From an uncultured bacterium (GTDB taxonomy: Bacteria > Auribacterota > UBA3054 > JAPLST01), in NCBI GenBank assembly GCA_964397565.1, contig CAYNJC010000024.1, positions 2,535 to 66,534 on the forward strand: a stretch of 64,000 nucleotides of DNA, in the 5' to 3' direction. Position numbers and translations under genes: made by a program. Each line of letters starts with the position of its first letter. The first letter of the stretch is position 1. Below the pieces are notes generated by a model. That model worked only from the letters and a program-made list of their open reading frames with translations. It had not been told where the DNA came from and did not search any database. This document shows, in pieces, positions 10,296 to 19,376 of the stretch.

Positions 10296-11933
10296 CTATG
10301 CTTGAACATCAGTAATCTCGCCGCCGAAAATCTCGAGCGCCTTTTGCACGAGCGGCTCCTGGTGGGCCTGCTGCATCAAGTCGTCGCGCGTCAGTGGCGC
10401 GGTCGCGGTGGTGGGCGGTTGTTCACGCACGATATCAAGCGCGATGGGCCGGCTGACGTGCCGGCTGATCTCCGCGATGAGCCGTTCGCGTGTTTTCTTC
10501 TGTGCAAGCGCCTGCCACGTCATTTCAGCATCGTGCGGCACCAGCACACGCAACGTGCCGGGGCCGCCGTCGGCTACCGTCACGGGTGCGATCAGCGCAT
10601 GCAGTTTCGCATCGGCCGTCGCCAAGCCGGCCAGCAACGTTTTCCAAGAACTCGCCAGCGTGGCCTCGCTGCGTGGGCTAGCTGCGGGTGCTGCCGGCGC
10701 CGCCGGTTTTGCGGGCCGTGCCGACTGATACGCCGCGGGTGCCTCGCGCACCACCGCCGGCGCCGTCATGGCCGCGCCGTCGAGTGAGTGCAGTCGTTCC
10801 AGCATGCTGTCCAGACTGACGCGCCGCCGCGCGCGCAACAGTTTCAAGAGCGCCAGTTCCAGCGCGGTCTGCTTGGCTTCGGTGGCGGCCAGGCGCGGCA
10901 ATGTTTCCAGCAGGACGTCCATCGAATACAACAATTGTTCTTGCGAGTAGTGCTGGGCGGCGTCCCGCAAGGCGCGCAGCGAATCGGCAGTCTCTTCCAA
11001 GACCGTCTCCGGACTGCTGACATGCTGCACCACCAGCATGCTCCGCAGAAAATCCAACAACCCCACAAGAAACTGCTCCGGGTCGCGCCCACGCTCGATG
11101 ACGTGCTGCACGATACCTAGCGCGCCGGCAACATCCTCGGCCACCAGCGCGTGATGCAGCGCGAAATACGTTTCGCGTTCAGTCCAGCCCAGCAGGGCGG
11201 TCACTTCCGCTTCCGTGATGGTCTCGGCGGCCAGGGCCAGCACTTGGTCAAAGACCGAGAGTGTATCGCGCACGCTGCCATCGCCGGCCCGCGCAATGAC
11301 GCCCAGCGCGCCACGTTCGACGGTCACCCCTTCTGCCGTCGCCACTTTGTCGAGATAGGTTACGAGCGCGTCCCAGGCCACCCGGCGCAGCTCATATTTC
11401 TGCACCCGCGACAAAATCGTCGCCGGAATCTTGTGCGGCTCTGTCGTCGCGAAGAAAAACTTGACGTGCGGCGGCGGCTCTTCGAGCGTCTTCAACAGGG
11501 CGTTGAAGGCCTCTTTGGTCAGCATGTGCACTTCATCAATGATGTAGACTTTGTAGCGCGCGCTGACCGGCGCAATCGCCACCGAGTCGCGCAGGCGCCG
11601 GATTTCCTCAATGCCGCGATTAGACGCGCCATCAATCTCCATCACGTCCAGACAGGTGCCGTCGCGGATCGCCACGCAGTTCGCGCACGTGTCGCACGGC
11701 GTCGGCGTCGGCTCGGCTGTGCTTAGGCAGTTCAGCGCTTTGGCCAGAATCCGCGCAATCGTGGTCTTGCCCACGCCGCGCGTGCCGATAAATAGATAGC
11801 CCTGCCCGAGGCGACCTTGGGTGATGGCATTCTGCAGCGTGGTCGTGACATGCTCCTGCCCGATCACTTGCGCGAACGTCGGCGGCCGCCACTTGCGCGC
11901 CAGAACGGTATATGACTCGTGTGGTATGCTCAT
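10296..11933 (-). CDS. dnaX: DNA polymerase III subunit gamma/tau
   Basis: LARKWRP, Walker A GTRGVGKT, Zn cysteines, DEVHML and NALLKTLEEPP. Confidence 0.97.
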   Translation of the reverse strand: MSIPHESYTVLARKWRPPTFAQVIGQEHVTTTLQNAITQGRLGQGYLFIGTRGVGKTTIARILAKALNCLSTAEPTPTPCDTCANCVAIRDGTCLDVMEIDGASNRGIEEIRRLRDSVAIAPVSARYKVYIIDEVHMLTKEAFNALLKTLEEPPPHVKFFFATTEPHKIPATILSRVQKYELRRVAWDALVTYLDKVATAEGVTVERGALGVIARAGDGSVRDTLSVFDQVLALAAETITEAEVTALLGWTERETYFALHHALVAEDVAGALGIVQHVIERGRDPEQFLVGLLDFLRSMLVVQHVSSPETVLEETADSLRALRDAAQHYSQEQLLYSMDVLLETLPRLAATEAKQTALELALLKLLRARRRVSLDSMLERLHSLDGAAMTAPAVVREAPAAYQSARPAKPAAPAAPAASPRSEATLASSWKTLLAGLATADAKLHALIAPVTVADGGPGTLRVLVPHDAEMTWQALAQKKTRERLIAEISRHVSRPIALDIVREQPPTTATAPLTRDDLMQQAHQEPLVQKALEIFGGEITDVQA

Positions 11934-11947
11934 GCTATAGTTCTGTG

Positions 11948-11976
11948 ATTATAGTGGAGTCCGCCCGTTTTGTCAA
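11948..11976 (-). promoter_or_regulatory. Perfect sigma70 consensus promoter for the dnaX-aspS-lepA operon
   Basis: TTGACA-N17-TATAAT on the minus strand; the -10 ends 14 nt before the dnaX ATG. Confidence 0.85.
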
Positions 11977-12292
11977 TCGCATTGCGCAGGAACGAATCAG
12001 GCGCACCGTCGCTAATCAGAGGGAGAAGTGCAAGGCCGGCAGCGCTTTCAATCGACATGTGTTGTCGTTTGCGCATTGCGGAAAATGGTAATGCCAAGGT
12101 CGCACAGGACAAACGACACGCACGGTCGTCTGCACTCACCCATTGATGCTGTTGAATGTTTTCGTTTATGGGCGCGACACAGGTTTCACAATACTCAGGT
12201 GGTTGCCTGGCCGTGCTTGTCAAAACGCATAGCGCCTGCCCCCCATCTTCCTTGTCCCTATCTTCCTCCGTGCACTCCCCGTTTGATCCCCT

Positions 12293-13738
12293 TCATTTGG
12301 CAAAAGCATTCGCTGTGGTCATTGCCCTTTTTGCCATTTTGGTTGAGTATTTCGTCAGGTAGTCGGTGGCGCGGCTTCTATCCTGAAGGTACAACACGCC
12401 GGCGGTCTGTTCTACCTCTGCCTGCGCAGCGAACTCTTTCTGCTCGAATTCGTTGAATTTCTTTCTGATACGGCCGGTGGCAACGAGATACCTCACGTCG
12501 GCATATCTGGACACCATCCTGAATGTCCAGTAGGCTGATTTTTTGGTGAACACATTGGAGCCGGTGGCATACGGCGTGGGGATTTGCTGGCTTCCAAAAT
12601 ACCACGGGCTGAATATGCTCGTGCACGGGGTGGCCATCGCCCGCCAGCATAGTGCGCCGATTTCAACCGGTAACCAGCCGCGCAATTGGCACACGACGCT
12701 GACTTCGGAGTTGATGGAGCACAAGGTCCGTTCGTCGGTCTGATGCGGTGAACCATTGGTATAGCACCCGGTCAAGTCGTACGTGGTGCCTTCGTAATGG
12801 TCCCTGAGGACGGCAATGACATGCTGTGGCTCGATGCCGGCAATGCGGGGATCCAACAGATAATTGGCGCGCCACACCCGACGCGTGTTGTACGGATCAT
12901 CGAGTTTTGACGGTTCGGCGTACACGGTGGCGAAACGGAATGGCGCGTTGGTGTCACTGTACCAGTTGTTGCTCTTCGCGTAGTCAACAAGGTCGGCAGA
13001 GAACATGAAATTGGTGGGATCGTTGAAATCAACCACGTCGATCCGAAAGATGTTCGCGCGCACGCTGACCGCATTGCTTGGCACGCGCTGGGCAACCCAT
13101 TGTCCATCATACGTCACTTCGACCCACCAGCCTTCGTTGGTGTCGGCGACGCCATACATCGTGCCCGAATCGGCCCCCAGCTTGTAGGCGTGGGCAAGGT
13201 CGCCGATGACCCGGACTGCTTCCCTGGCCGATGTCGACCGCTCTAAGGCCAACTGCGTGAATTCCGTCCAGATCAGCCGATTGGTCGTTGCCAGTTCCTC
13301 TGGCACGTCCCGGCGATAGGACATGTTGTTCACCACGGCCACTTGGTGTTCATTGATGCCGCTGGTGATATCGCCAGGAACATAGCTTTTCCTGAATATC
13401 TTTGTCGCCGTGTAGGCATAGGTCACCGCTGGTTGTGGCACGTTCGTCCCGAAATATGCGGCAAACGTCGCGCCGGGCGCATTGGTCACCCGCGGCACGA
13501 AAACGAAATGATGTGCGCAGTAGTTGGCCAGGTCTTCATTGTGTGCCAGGATGACGGATCCGTCCGCCGTGGCGTCCTTACCGACAATGATGGACGAGCA
13601 CTTCTGGACAGTAGGTGTGCGGCGCGTGGCCGGGGCGCCTGGCGTTACACGGGATTCCTGTGCAGCAAGGTCAGCGCCGGCAGAGAGAAAAGCAAGGCAG
13701 GCTGAACCGGCAACGAGAAGGAAAAAGCGGGATTTCAT
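12293..13738 (-). CDS. Exported C69 family dipeptidase (secernin/PepD-like)
   Basis: Signal peptide, then CSSIIVGKDATADGSVILAHNED (Ntn nucleophile Cys), GINEHQV and LRDHYEGT. Confidence 0.9.
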   Translation of the reverse strand: MKSRFFLLVAGSACLAFLSAGADLAAQESRVTPGAPATRRTPTVQKCSSIIVGKDATADGSVILAHNEDLANYCAHHFVFVPRVTNAPGATFAAYFGTNVPQPAVTYAYTATKIFRKSYVPGDITSGINEHQVAVVNNMSYRRDVPEELATTNRLIWTEFTQLALERSTSAREAVRVIGDLAHAYKLGADSGTMYGVADTNEGWWVEVTYDGQWVAQRVPSNAVSVRANIFRIDVVDFNDPTNFMFSADLVDYAKSNNWYSDTNAPFRFATVYAEPSKLDDPYNTRRVWRANYLLDPRIAGIEPQHVIAVLRDHYEGTTYDLTGCYTNGSPHQTDERTLCSINSEVSVVCQLRGWLPVEIGALCWRAMATPCTSIFSPWYFGSQQIPTPYATGSNVFTKKSAYWTFRMVSRYADVRYLVATGRIRKKFNEFEQKEFAAQAEVEQTAGVLYLQDRSRATDYLTKYSTKMAKRAMTTANAFAK

Positions 13739-14084
13739 GGCTGACGTTCAATGAGTGTTGGATTAGCTGAACCTGGGGATGTGCCAGTGCATGCAGGCCA
13801 CGTCATGCTGTCTGCGGAGGCTGCTATCATCGTGTTCCTTGCATTCATGGTTGAATCAGAAAAATGCCGTTCCCCGTCACTTACATGTTTATAGTATATC
13901 ACAAAACACATTTTGCGTGGGGCAAGGCAACTCGATCCCTTGCATTTCCGAAAACAATATGTGATACTATGGTAGCGTCGTTAATGCAAAACCGTGTCCA
14001 TGCAACCGGTGGCGGCACAGCGACGAGATAAACTAACCGACACCGTACGACAACTAAGCCTCCGCAAAACCTCCGGTCACTACC

Positions 14085-14702
14085 ATGCTGCGCACCAAGA
14101 TCCCAATACATTTCTGTGCCGCTGTCTGCATCGTCATTGCTGCGCTGTGTTCCGCTGCGCATGCCCAGAGCAATGCATTTATCAACGCGCCACTGTGCCG
14201 CCAGGCGAAATCGTTCACCTGCGGTGTCGGCGCCATGCAGTCTGTCCTCTGCTATTATGGTCTTGAAGTGCGTCAGGATATTCTTGCGAAGAAACTGCAT
14301 ACCACGCCCAATGGCACGCAATTCACGCGCATGATTCAATATGCCCAGTCACAAGGATTTTCTGCTGATTGGAAGACCAACATGTCACTGGCCGAATTGC
14401 AGCAGCGCATGGACGACGGCAAGCCCACTATTTTAGCGATCCAGGCCTGGGCGGATAACCCGCCCGTGAACTACTCCAACGACTGGAAGGATGGCCATTA
14501 CGTGGTGGCGATCGGCTACGACATCACCAACATGTATTTCATGGATCCTTCCACGCTGGGCAATTTCACCTACATTCCCACGCCGGAGTTTCTGAATCGC
14601 TGGCATGATAGTAACCGGCGCAAGCCTTTGCCGCAGTTCGGGCTGACCATCAGCAAAGGTGCGCCGGCCTACGATCCTACGCGCATCTTGCGCATGGACT
14701 GA
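14085..14702 (+). CDS. Exported C39-like cysteine peptidase
   Basis: Signal peptide; Q..FTCG, GHYVVAIGYD and MDPS catalytic motifs. Confidence 0.85.
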   Translation: MLRTKIPIHFCAAVCIVIAALCSAAHAQSNAFINAPLCRQAKSFTCGVGAMQSVLCYYGLEVRQDILAKKLHTTPNGTQFTRMIQYAQSQGFSADWKTNMSLAELQQRMDDGKPTILAIQAWADNPPVNYSNDWKDGHYVVAIGYDITNMYFMDPSTLGNFTYIPTPEFLNRWHDSNRRKPLPQFGLTISKGAPAYDPTRILRMD

Positions 14703-14849
14703 TAGCGCGGACGCGTAGTAAGAGGAGCTGGTTCAATCGACATTTTCTGTCGTTTGTCTAATCATCTCTGTAACTGTAGTTTCCTTCGATTTTTCCAATC
14801 GTCAGCTCAACATTCCTGTCGCGTTGTTCAATCCAAGAGTAAGGCCAAT

Positions 14850-14976
14850 TACTAATGAGAGCGCTTTCTACGTTGCAGTGTACTTGTAGCCGCCCGCGGT
14901 GAGGGCGGCTTCTGCAGCCGCGGTCAGCGCCCGCGGCTACAATTGGCATGACACCTAGTAAGCGCATTCATTAGTA
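14850..14976. mobile_element. 127-bp MITE/REPIN-like element, copy 1
   Basis: 17-bp terminal inverted repeats (TACTAATGAGAGCGCTT / AAGCGCATTCATTAGTA, 2 mismatches) with internal GTAG-led palindromes; near-identical inverted copy at 31031-31158. Confidence 0.75.
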
Positions 14977-15082
14977 TGTTGCAAAGATAGAGCCTACAAT
15001 AGCAAGCATGAGAAGGCTTTTCATAGGTGATTTCAGCATGACTCACTCACATCAAAACCATCTATCAACGATCTACCGCCGC

Positions 15083-15913
15083 TTATTCCAGCGGCGTGTC
15101 TTCGGCGGCGCTGGCGGCCACCGTGCGCATGTCGCGCCCGAGCAGGACGCCGCGCTGGCTCGTTTCCACAAAGGTGATGAACTCCTCGACCTCGGGCAAC
15201 AACGGCACTTTTTCGCGGACCTCATCCAGCGCTTTCTTGACACTGCGCCGGCCGCGAAAGAATACTTTGTGTACCAGCCGCAGCGCATTGATCGTCGCCG
15301 CCGGGAAATTGCGCCGCCGCAAGGCCACCACATTGACGCCGGCAATCGCGCCGTTGCGGCCATTGACAATCATGAACGGCGGCAAATCTTTCGAGATGGC
15401 CGAGATGCCCCACATCATGGCGAAGCGGCCAATCCGGCAGAACTGGCGCACGGCCGTCAAGCCGGAAATGAAGCAGCCGTCGTGCACTTCGACATAGCCG
15501 GCCATCAGCGCGCAATTGGCCATGATGACTTGGTTGCCGATGATGCAATTATGGCCGACATGCGAGTTGGCCATGAAGAAATTGTCATTGCCAATCACGG
15601 TTTCGGTATCGGCCTTGGTGCCAACGTGGACGGTGACGCCCTCGCGGAAAAAGTTGCCATCGCCGATGCGCAAATACGAGAGCGTGCCGAAGGCAAAGCC
15701 GAAATCCTGGGGCTCGGCGCCAAGGCAGACCTGCGGATAAATGAGGTTGCGCGCGCCGATGGTCGTGTGGCCCGTGATGCAGGCCTGGCCGAGCAGGCGG
15801 GTCTGGCTGCCGATCGTCACGTGCGGGCCGATGAGGCAGAGCGGGCCGATGACGGCGTCATCGGCGATCTGCGCGTGCGGATCTACAACAGCGGTCGGAT
15901 GGATGTCAGGCAT
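15083..15913 (-). CDS. lpxA: LpxA paralog (acyl-ACP--UDP-N-acetylglucosamine O-acyltransferase-like), stand-alone
   Basis: IHPTAVVD hexapeptide repeats, PQD, REGVTVH and SHVGHNC; C-terminal helical domain ending SQRGV. Confidence 0.8.
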   Translation of the reverse strand: MPDIHPTAVVDPHAQIADDAVIGPLCLIGPHVTIGSQTRLLGQACITGHTTIGARNLIYPQVCLGAEPQDFGFAFGTLSYLRIGDGNFFREGVTVHVGTKADTETVIGNDNFFMANSHVGHNCIIGNQVIMANCALMAGYVEVHDGCFISGLTAVRQFCRIGRFAMMWGISAISKDLPPFMIVNGRNGAIAGVNVVALRRRNFPAATINALRLVHKVFFRGRRSVKKALDEVREKVPLLPEVEEFITFVETSQRGVLLGRDMRTVAASAAEDTPLE

Positions 15914-15930
15914 AAAGGTGCTCGTAGTGA

Positions 15931-15959
15931 TTGACAGACAGACGCGGATTGACTATGAT
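15931..15959 (+). promoter_or_regulatory. sigma70 promoter of tRNA-Ser
   Basis: TTGACA-N17-TATGAT. Confidence 0.8.
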
Positions 15960-15985
15960 ACAGTTTGCAGTCCACAGGCCAGCCA

Positions 15986-16075
15986 GGAGGGATGGCAGAG
16001 TGGTCGAATGCGTCGGTTTTGAAAACCGATTTGGGCGCAAGCTCAACGGGGGTTCGAATCCCTCTCCCTCCGCCA
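15986..16075 (+). tRNA. tRNA-Ser (anticodon UGA)
   Basis: GGAGGGA/TCCCTCC acceptor stem, anticodon arm TCGGT-TTTGAAA-ACCGA, long variable arm, GTTCGAATC T-loop and encoded CCA end. Confidence 0.97.
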
Positions 16076-16119
16076 CATTCGGTACGTCGATGATTGGTAA
16101 TCGGTGTGTCGGTGTCTGC

Positions 16120-16160
16120 AACTGAAAACCAGAATCCGAAAACTGAAAACCGAAAACCAG
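16120..16160. repeat. Degenerate heptamer tandem repeat (AACTGAA/AACCGAA)
   Basis: aactgaa aaccaga atccgaa aactgaa aaccgaa aaccag, downstream of the tRNA. Confidence 0.6.
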
Positions 16161-16252
16161 CCCAGCAGCAGCATTCGCCGCATGGAAGCGGCTCCGATCC
16201 ACGCCGCTGGCGCGACTGGCCCACACCCAGCATTCTTTGCAGCAAGGGATGT

Positions 16253-17041
16253 TCACAGGGCCAGCACTTCGTTGACTTGCTTCTTCATGCCAAGGAAGGC
16301 AGCGTAGACGCCGAAAGTCGGATAGGCGCTGCGCAACGCGCGCAAATTCACCAGCGGATCGTAATTCAAATCTTCGGGCGGCAGCTCATAGCCGACGCAA
16401 TTGGCAACCAGGTCAATCCGCTTGGTCATCCAGGCTTCGACGAAGACCGGCAACGTCAGGCGTTGGAGCCAGTCCACATTTTCATGGCGGCGAATGACCG
16501 GCTGGGTGATGACAAAGGCGGCGCCGGCATCCAGTTTGCGTTTCAACTTTTCGCGCTCGCTGTGCTGCGGCTCGTAGTGATTAAATGCCACGCCATGCAC
16601 AAACTGGCCGGGATATTCGCGGTTAATATAGCAGATCAACTCGACCGAGGTGATCGTCTGCACGCCGCTGATACCGAGTTCGGCGGGCTCGAGGCGGTGC
16701 AGCCGGTCATTGCCGTCGCCGCTGACGACCAGCAGATATTTCAGGCCGCGCTCCGCCATGGCGCGCAGCATGCGATCGAGATCAACCTTGCGGTGAAACG
16801 TGTTGAGATGAATCAGCAGGCGTTCGGGCTTGGTCTCGACGCCGGTTGTTTCAATCGTGTCGAGCGCTTCAAAGCTGAGCATGCCGACCGGATTGTCGGT
16901 GATGCAAATGACAAAATCGTGGGCCAGCGAGGCGTTGTATTTCTCGGTGAATTTCGCCAAATCGCCTTCGATATCCTCGCTGTCCTGCTTGGGGGTCAGG
17001 ACTTCATTCAAGTAGCGTTTTGGTTCCAACCAATCTTTCAC
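16253..17041 (-). CDS. Methylenetetrahydrofolate reductase family protein (divergent MetF-like)
   Basis: EVLTP, ITDNP, LLVVSGD and LKRKLDAGAAFVITQP motifs; GTG start after GGAG. Confidence 0.75.
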   Translation of the reverse strand: MKDWLEPKRYLNEVLTPKQDSEDIEGDLAKFTEKYNASLAHDFVICITDNPVGMLSFEALDTIETTGVETKPERLLIHLNTFHRKVDLDRMLRAMAERGLKYLLVVSGDGNDRLHRLEPAELGISGVQTITSVELICYINREYPGQFVHGVAFNHYEPQHSEREKLKRKLDAGAAFVITQPVIRRHENVDWLQRLTLPVFVEAWMTKRIDLVANCVGYELPPEDLNYDPLVNLRALRSAYPTFGVYAAFLGMKKQVNEVLAL

Positions 17042-17058
17042 TGGGCGATCTCCATTGT

Positions 17059-17994
17059 TTAGGAAGGTGATAATGATTCAAGATAGCGTTGGGCATCTAG
17101 CGCGGCCGTGCAGCCAGTGCCGGCGGCGGTGACGGCTTGTTTGTAAATCGGGTCCATGACATCGCCGCAGGCGAACAAGCCAGGCGTGCGTGTCGCGGTC
17201 GAGCCGGCGTGGACGGTGACAAAACCATTCTGGTCGAGGTCGGCGAGGTCTTTGACGAGGGCGCTTTGCGGCTCGTGGCCGATGGCGACAAAAATGCCAT
17301 CGCAGGCGATGCGCTCGGTCGCGCCAGTCTCGGTGTGTTTGAGGAGCGCACCCTGCACGGTCGTCTCACCGAAAATTTCTTCAATGGCATACGGCACCCG
17401 CCATGTGATCTTTGGATTGGCGCGGGCTTTTTCCACTTCAATCGGTGCGGCGCGGAAATAGTCGCGCCGATGTACGATAGTGACGGTGCTGGCGAAGCGC
17501 GTCAGGAACGCGGCGTCCTCCATGGCGGTATTGCCGCCGCCGACCACCAGCACATGTTTGCCGCGGAAAAACGCGCCGTCACACGTGGCGCAGCCGGAAA
17601 CGCCGCGGCCATAATACTTCTGCTCGGAAGGAATCGGCAAGCGGCGCGCCTCGGCGCCGGTGGCAAGAATGACACTGGCGCTTTCGTACGTACCGCTGGG
17701 CGCCTGCACCTGGAAGTGGTCGCCGTCGTGCGTGACGCGCTCGACTTCCTCGGTCAGCAGACGGGTCTCGAAGCGCTCGGCCTGCTGGCGGAAGAGCTGC
17801 ATCAGTTCAGCGCCGCTGATCGTGACGGGGAAGCCGGGGTAGTTCTCGACTTCGTGCGAGACGACCAGCTGTCCGCCGGGGACGCGACCTTCAAACAAAA
17901 TCGGGCGCAGCAGGGCGCGGGCGGTGTAAATCGCCGCCGTGTAGCCGGCCGGCCCGGAACCAATGATGATGACAGTTTCCATGGCAGTGCTCAC
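17059..17994 (-). CDS. trxB: Thioredoxin-disulfide reductase
   Basis: IIGSGPAGYTAAIY, CATCDG, VGGGNTA and FACGDV. Confidence 0.97.
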   Translation of the reverse strand: MSTAMETVIIIGSGPAGYTAAIYTARALLRPILFEGRVPGGQLVVSHEVENYPGFPVTISGAELMQLFRQQAERFETRLLTEEVERVTHDGDHFQVQAPSGTYESASVILATGAEARRLPIPSEQKYYGRGVSGCATCDGAFFRGKHVLVVGGGNTAMEDAAFLTRFASTVTIVHRRDYFRAAPIEVEKARANPKITWRVPYAIEEIFGETTVQGALLKHTETGATERIACDGIFVAIGHEPQSALVKDLADLDQNGFVTVHAGSTATRTPGLFACGDVMDPIYKQAVTAAGTGCTAALDAQRYLESLSPS

Positions 17995-18980
17995 GTGGTC
18001 GGTTGATACTGCTCAATGTAGCGCGAGAACGCGGCGCGGAAGCGTGGCAGGAATGTGGCCAGCGGCTCCTTGACGACCGCGCCCGAGGCGCAGACATGGC
18101 CGCCGCCGCCGAATGCGCACGCCAGCGGATTGACATTCACCGCGCTGGACTTCGAGCGCAAGCTGATGCGGACATGCCCGCTTTCGGGCAGTTCCATCAA
18201 GGTTGCCGCGATGAGGGCGGAATCGAGCGAGCGTGGGTAGTTGACAAAGTCCTCGACGTCCAAACTAGTGGCATTGTAGCGTTGGAGCGTGTCTTTGGTC
18301 AGATACATGAAGGCGCCCGCGCCATTGTTGGTCAGCTCGAGGGTGGCGAGGGCTTCGCGCAGAAGATGCAATTGCGTGACGGGCACACTGTTGTAAACGT
18401 GTGATGAGATCGCGGCGATATCCAAACCGGTTTCGAGCAGCACGCGGGCAATATCGAAGGTGCGTGGCGTGGTGTTTTGATAGGTGAAGTTGCCGGTGTC
18501 GGTGATAATCGCCGTGTACAAGGCGGCGGCGATGGGCGCGCTGATCGGCGTCGGCAATGCGCGCAGCAGGTCGTACACGATGCAGGCGGCGGCGCTTTCA
18601 CGCGAGTTGGTGCACGCGAACGTGGCGCTGGTAGCCACCGGCAGATGGTGGTCAATGATCAAGGTGGGCACGCCGGCGACAAAGGCGGCGGGATCAATGG
18701 CGGCGCGCTCGGTCGTGGCGGTGTCGAGCAAGACGAGCAAGTCAAATGCGGAAAAATCGTTGTGCAGTGGGGGAGTGATGAGCGGCTCAAGGAAGCGATA
18801 GCGGGCGGGCGCTGCTTCCGCGGACCACGCCTGCACGGCGGTGCCGTGCGCGCGCAGGCCGAGCGTGAGGGCGATCATTGAGCCAACGCAATCGCCGTCG
18901 GGCCGCACGTGCCCAAGAATCAGGATGCGTGCGGCGGTACGCAGCAGTTGAACAGTGGCAGTGAGGTCAAGGGATTGCAT
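17991..18980 (-). CDS. nrnA: DHH family phosphoesterase (bifunctional oligoribonuclease/PAP phosphatase NrnA-like)
   Basis: HVRPDGD, IDHH, TDTGNF, SLRS and GGGH; lies after rbfA. Start set at the MQSLDL ATG. Confidence 0.85.
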   Translation of the reverse strand: MQSLDLTATVQLLRTAARILILGHVRPDGDCVGSMIALTLGLRAHGTAVQAWSAEAAPARYRFLEPLITPPLHNDFSAFDLLVLLDTATTERAAIDPAAFVAGVPTLIIDHHLPVATSATFACTNSRESAAACIVYDLLRALPTPISAPIAAALYTAIITDTGNFTYQNTTPRTFDIARVLLETGLDIAAISSHVYNSVPVTQLHLLREALATLELTNNGAGAFMYLTKDTLQRYNATSLDVEDFVNYPRSLDSALIAATLMELPESGHVRISLRSKSSAVNVNPLACAFGGGGHVCASGAVVKEPLATFLPRFRAAFSRYIEQYQPTT

Positions 18981-18993
18981 GGCGCCGCGGTCG

Positions 18994-19362
18994 TCACTGC
19001 GGCGGCGCGGCCGGGTGATCGTCGTGGTTGAGCTTGTTGAGCAGGGTGTCGATGCGCAGCGCACGTTTCAGTTCCTCATCGATTTCAAAAATGAGTTCGG
19101 GGGTGTAACGCATGCGCACGGCGTGGGCCAGTTTGGCGCGCACAAACGGCTGGGCATGGCGCAAGCGCTGGATGGCGCGCTGTTCCTGCTGCTCGTCGCC
19201 CAAGACGGTGAAGAACACGCGCGCATGCTGCATATCTTTGCTGACCACGACGCGTGACAACGTGACCCAGCCCAACGAGGCATGGGTGAACTCGCGCTCG
19301 ATGATGACACTGAGCGCGCGTTTCACCACTTCATTCAATCGGACAACGCGTTCGACACTCAT
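18994..19362 (-). CDS. rbfA: Ribosome-binding factor A
   Basis: VSKDMQHARVF and MRYTPELIFEID; follows infB. Confidence 0.95.
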   Translation of the reverse strand: MSVERVVRLNEVVKRALSVIIEREFTHASLGWVTLSRVVVSKDMQHARVFFTVLGDEQQEQRAIQRLRHAQPFVRAKLAHAVRMRYTPELIFEIDEELKRALRIDTLLNKLNHDDHPAAPPQ

Positions 19363-19376
19363 AGGAGCAGACGGGC

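Noticed and set aside
10296-11933. Programmed frameshift or slippage site in dnaX
   Set aside because: No A-AAA-AAG or long A/T run seen in the coding strand.
11980-12290. SRP RNA (ffs) upstream of dnaX; ORF 11930-12223
   Set aside because: No TCAGG..GGAAG.AGCAG domain IV motif. The ORF overlaps the dnaX promoter and has no recognisable features.
14040-14090. c-di-GMP-I riboswitch-like GCAAAACCTCCGG
   Set aside because: The GGCAAAC..GAAA stem and the complementary 3' strand of the second stem are missing.
15986-16075. tRNA-Sec or a tRNA-targeted integrated element
   Set aside because: The anticodon is UGA (Ser), not UCA. No integrase and no duplicated tRNA 3' end are in the window.
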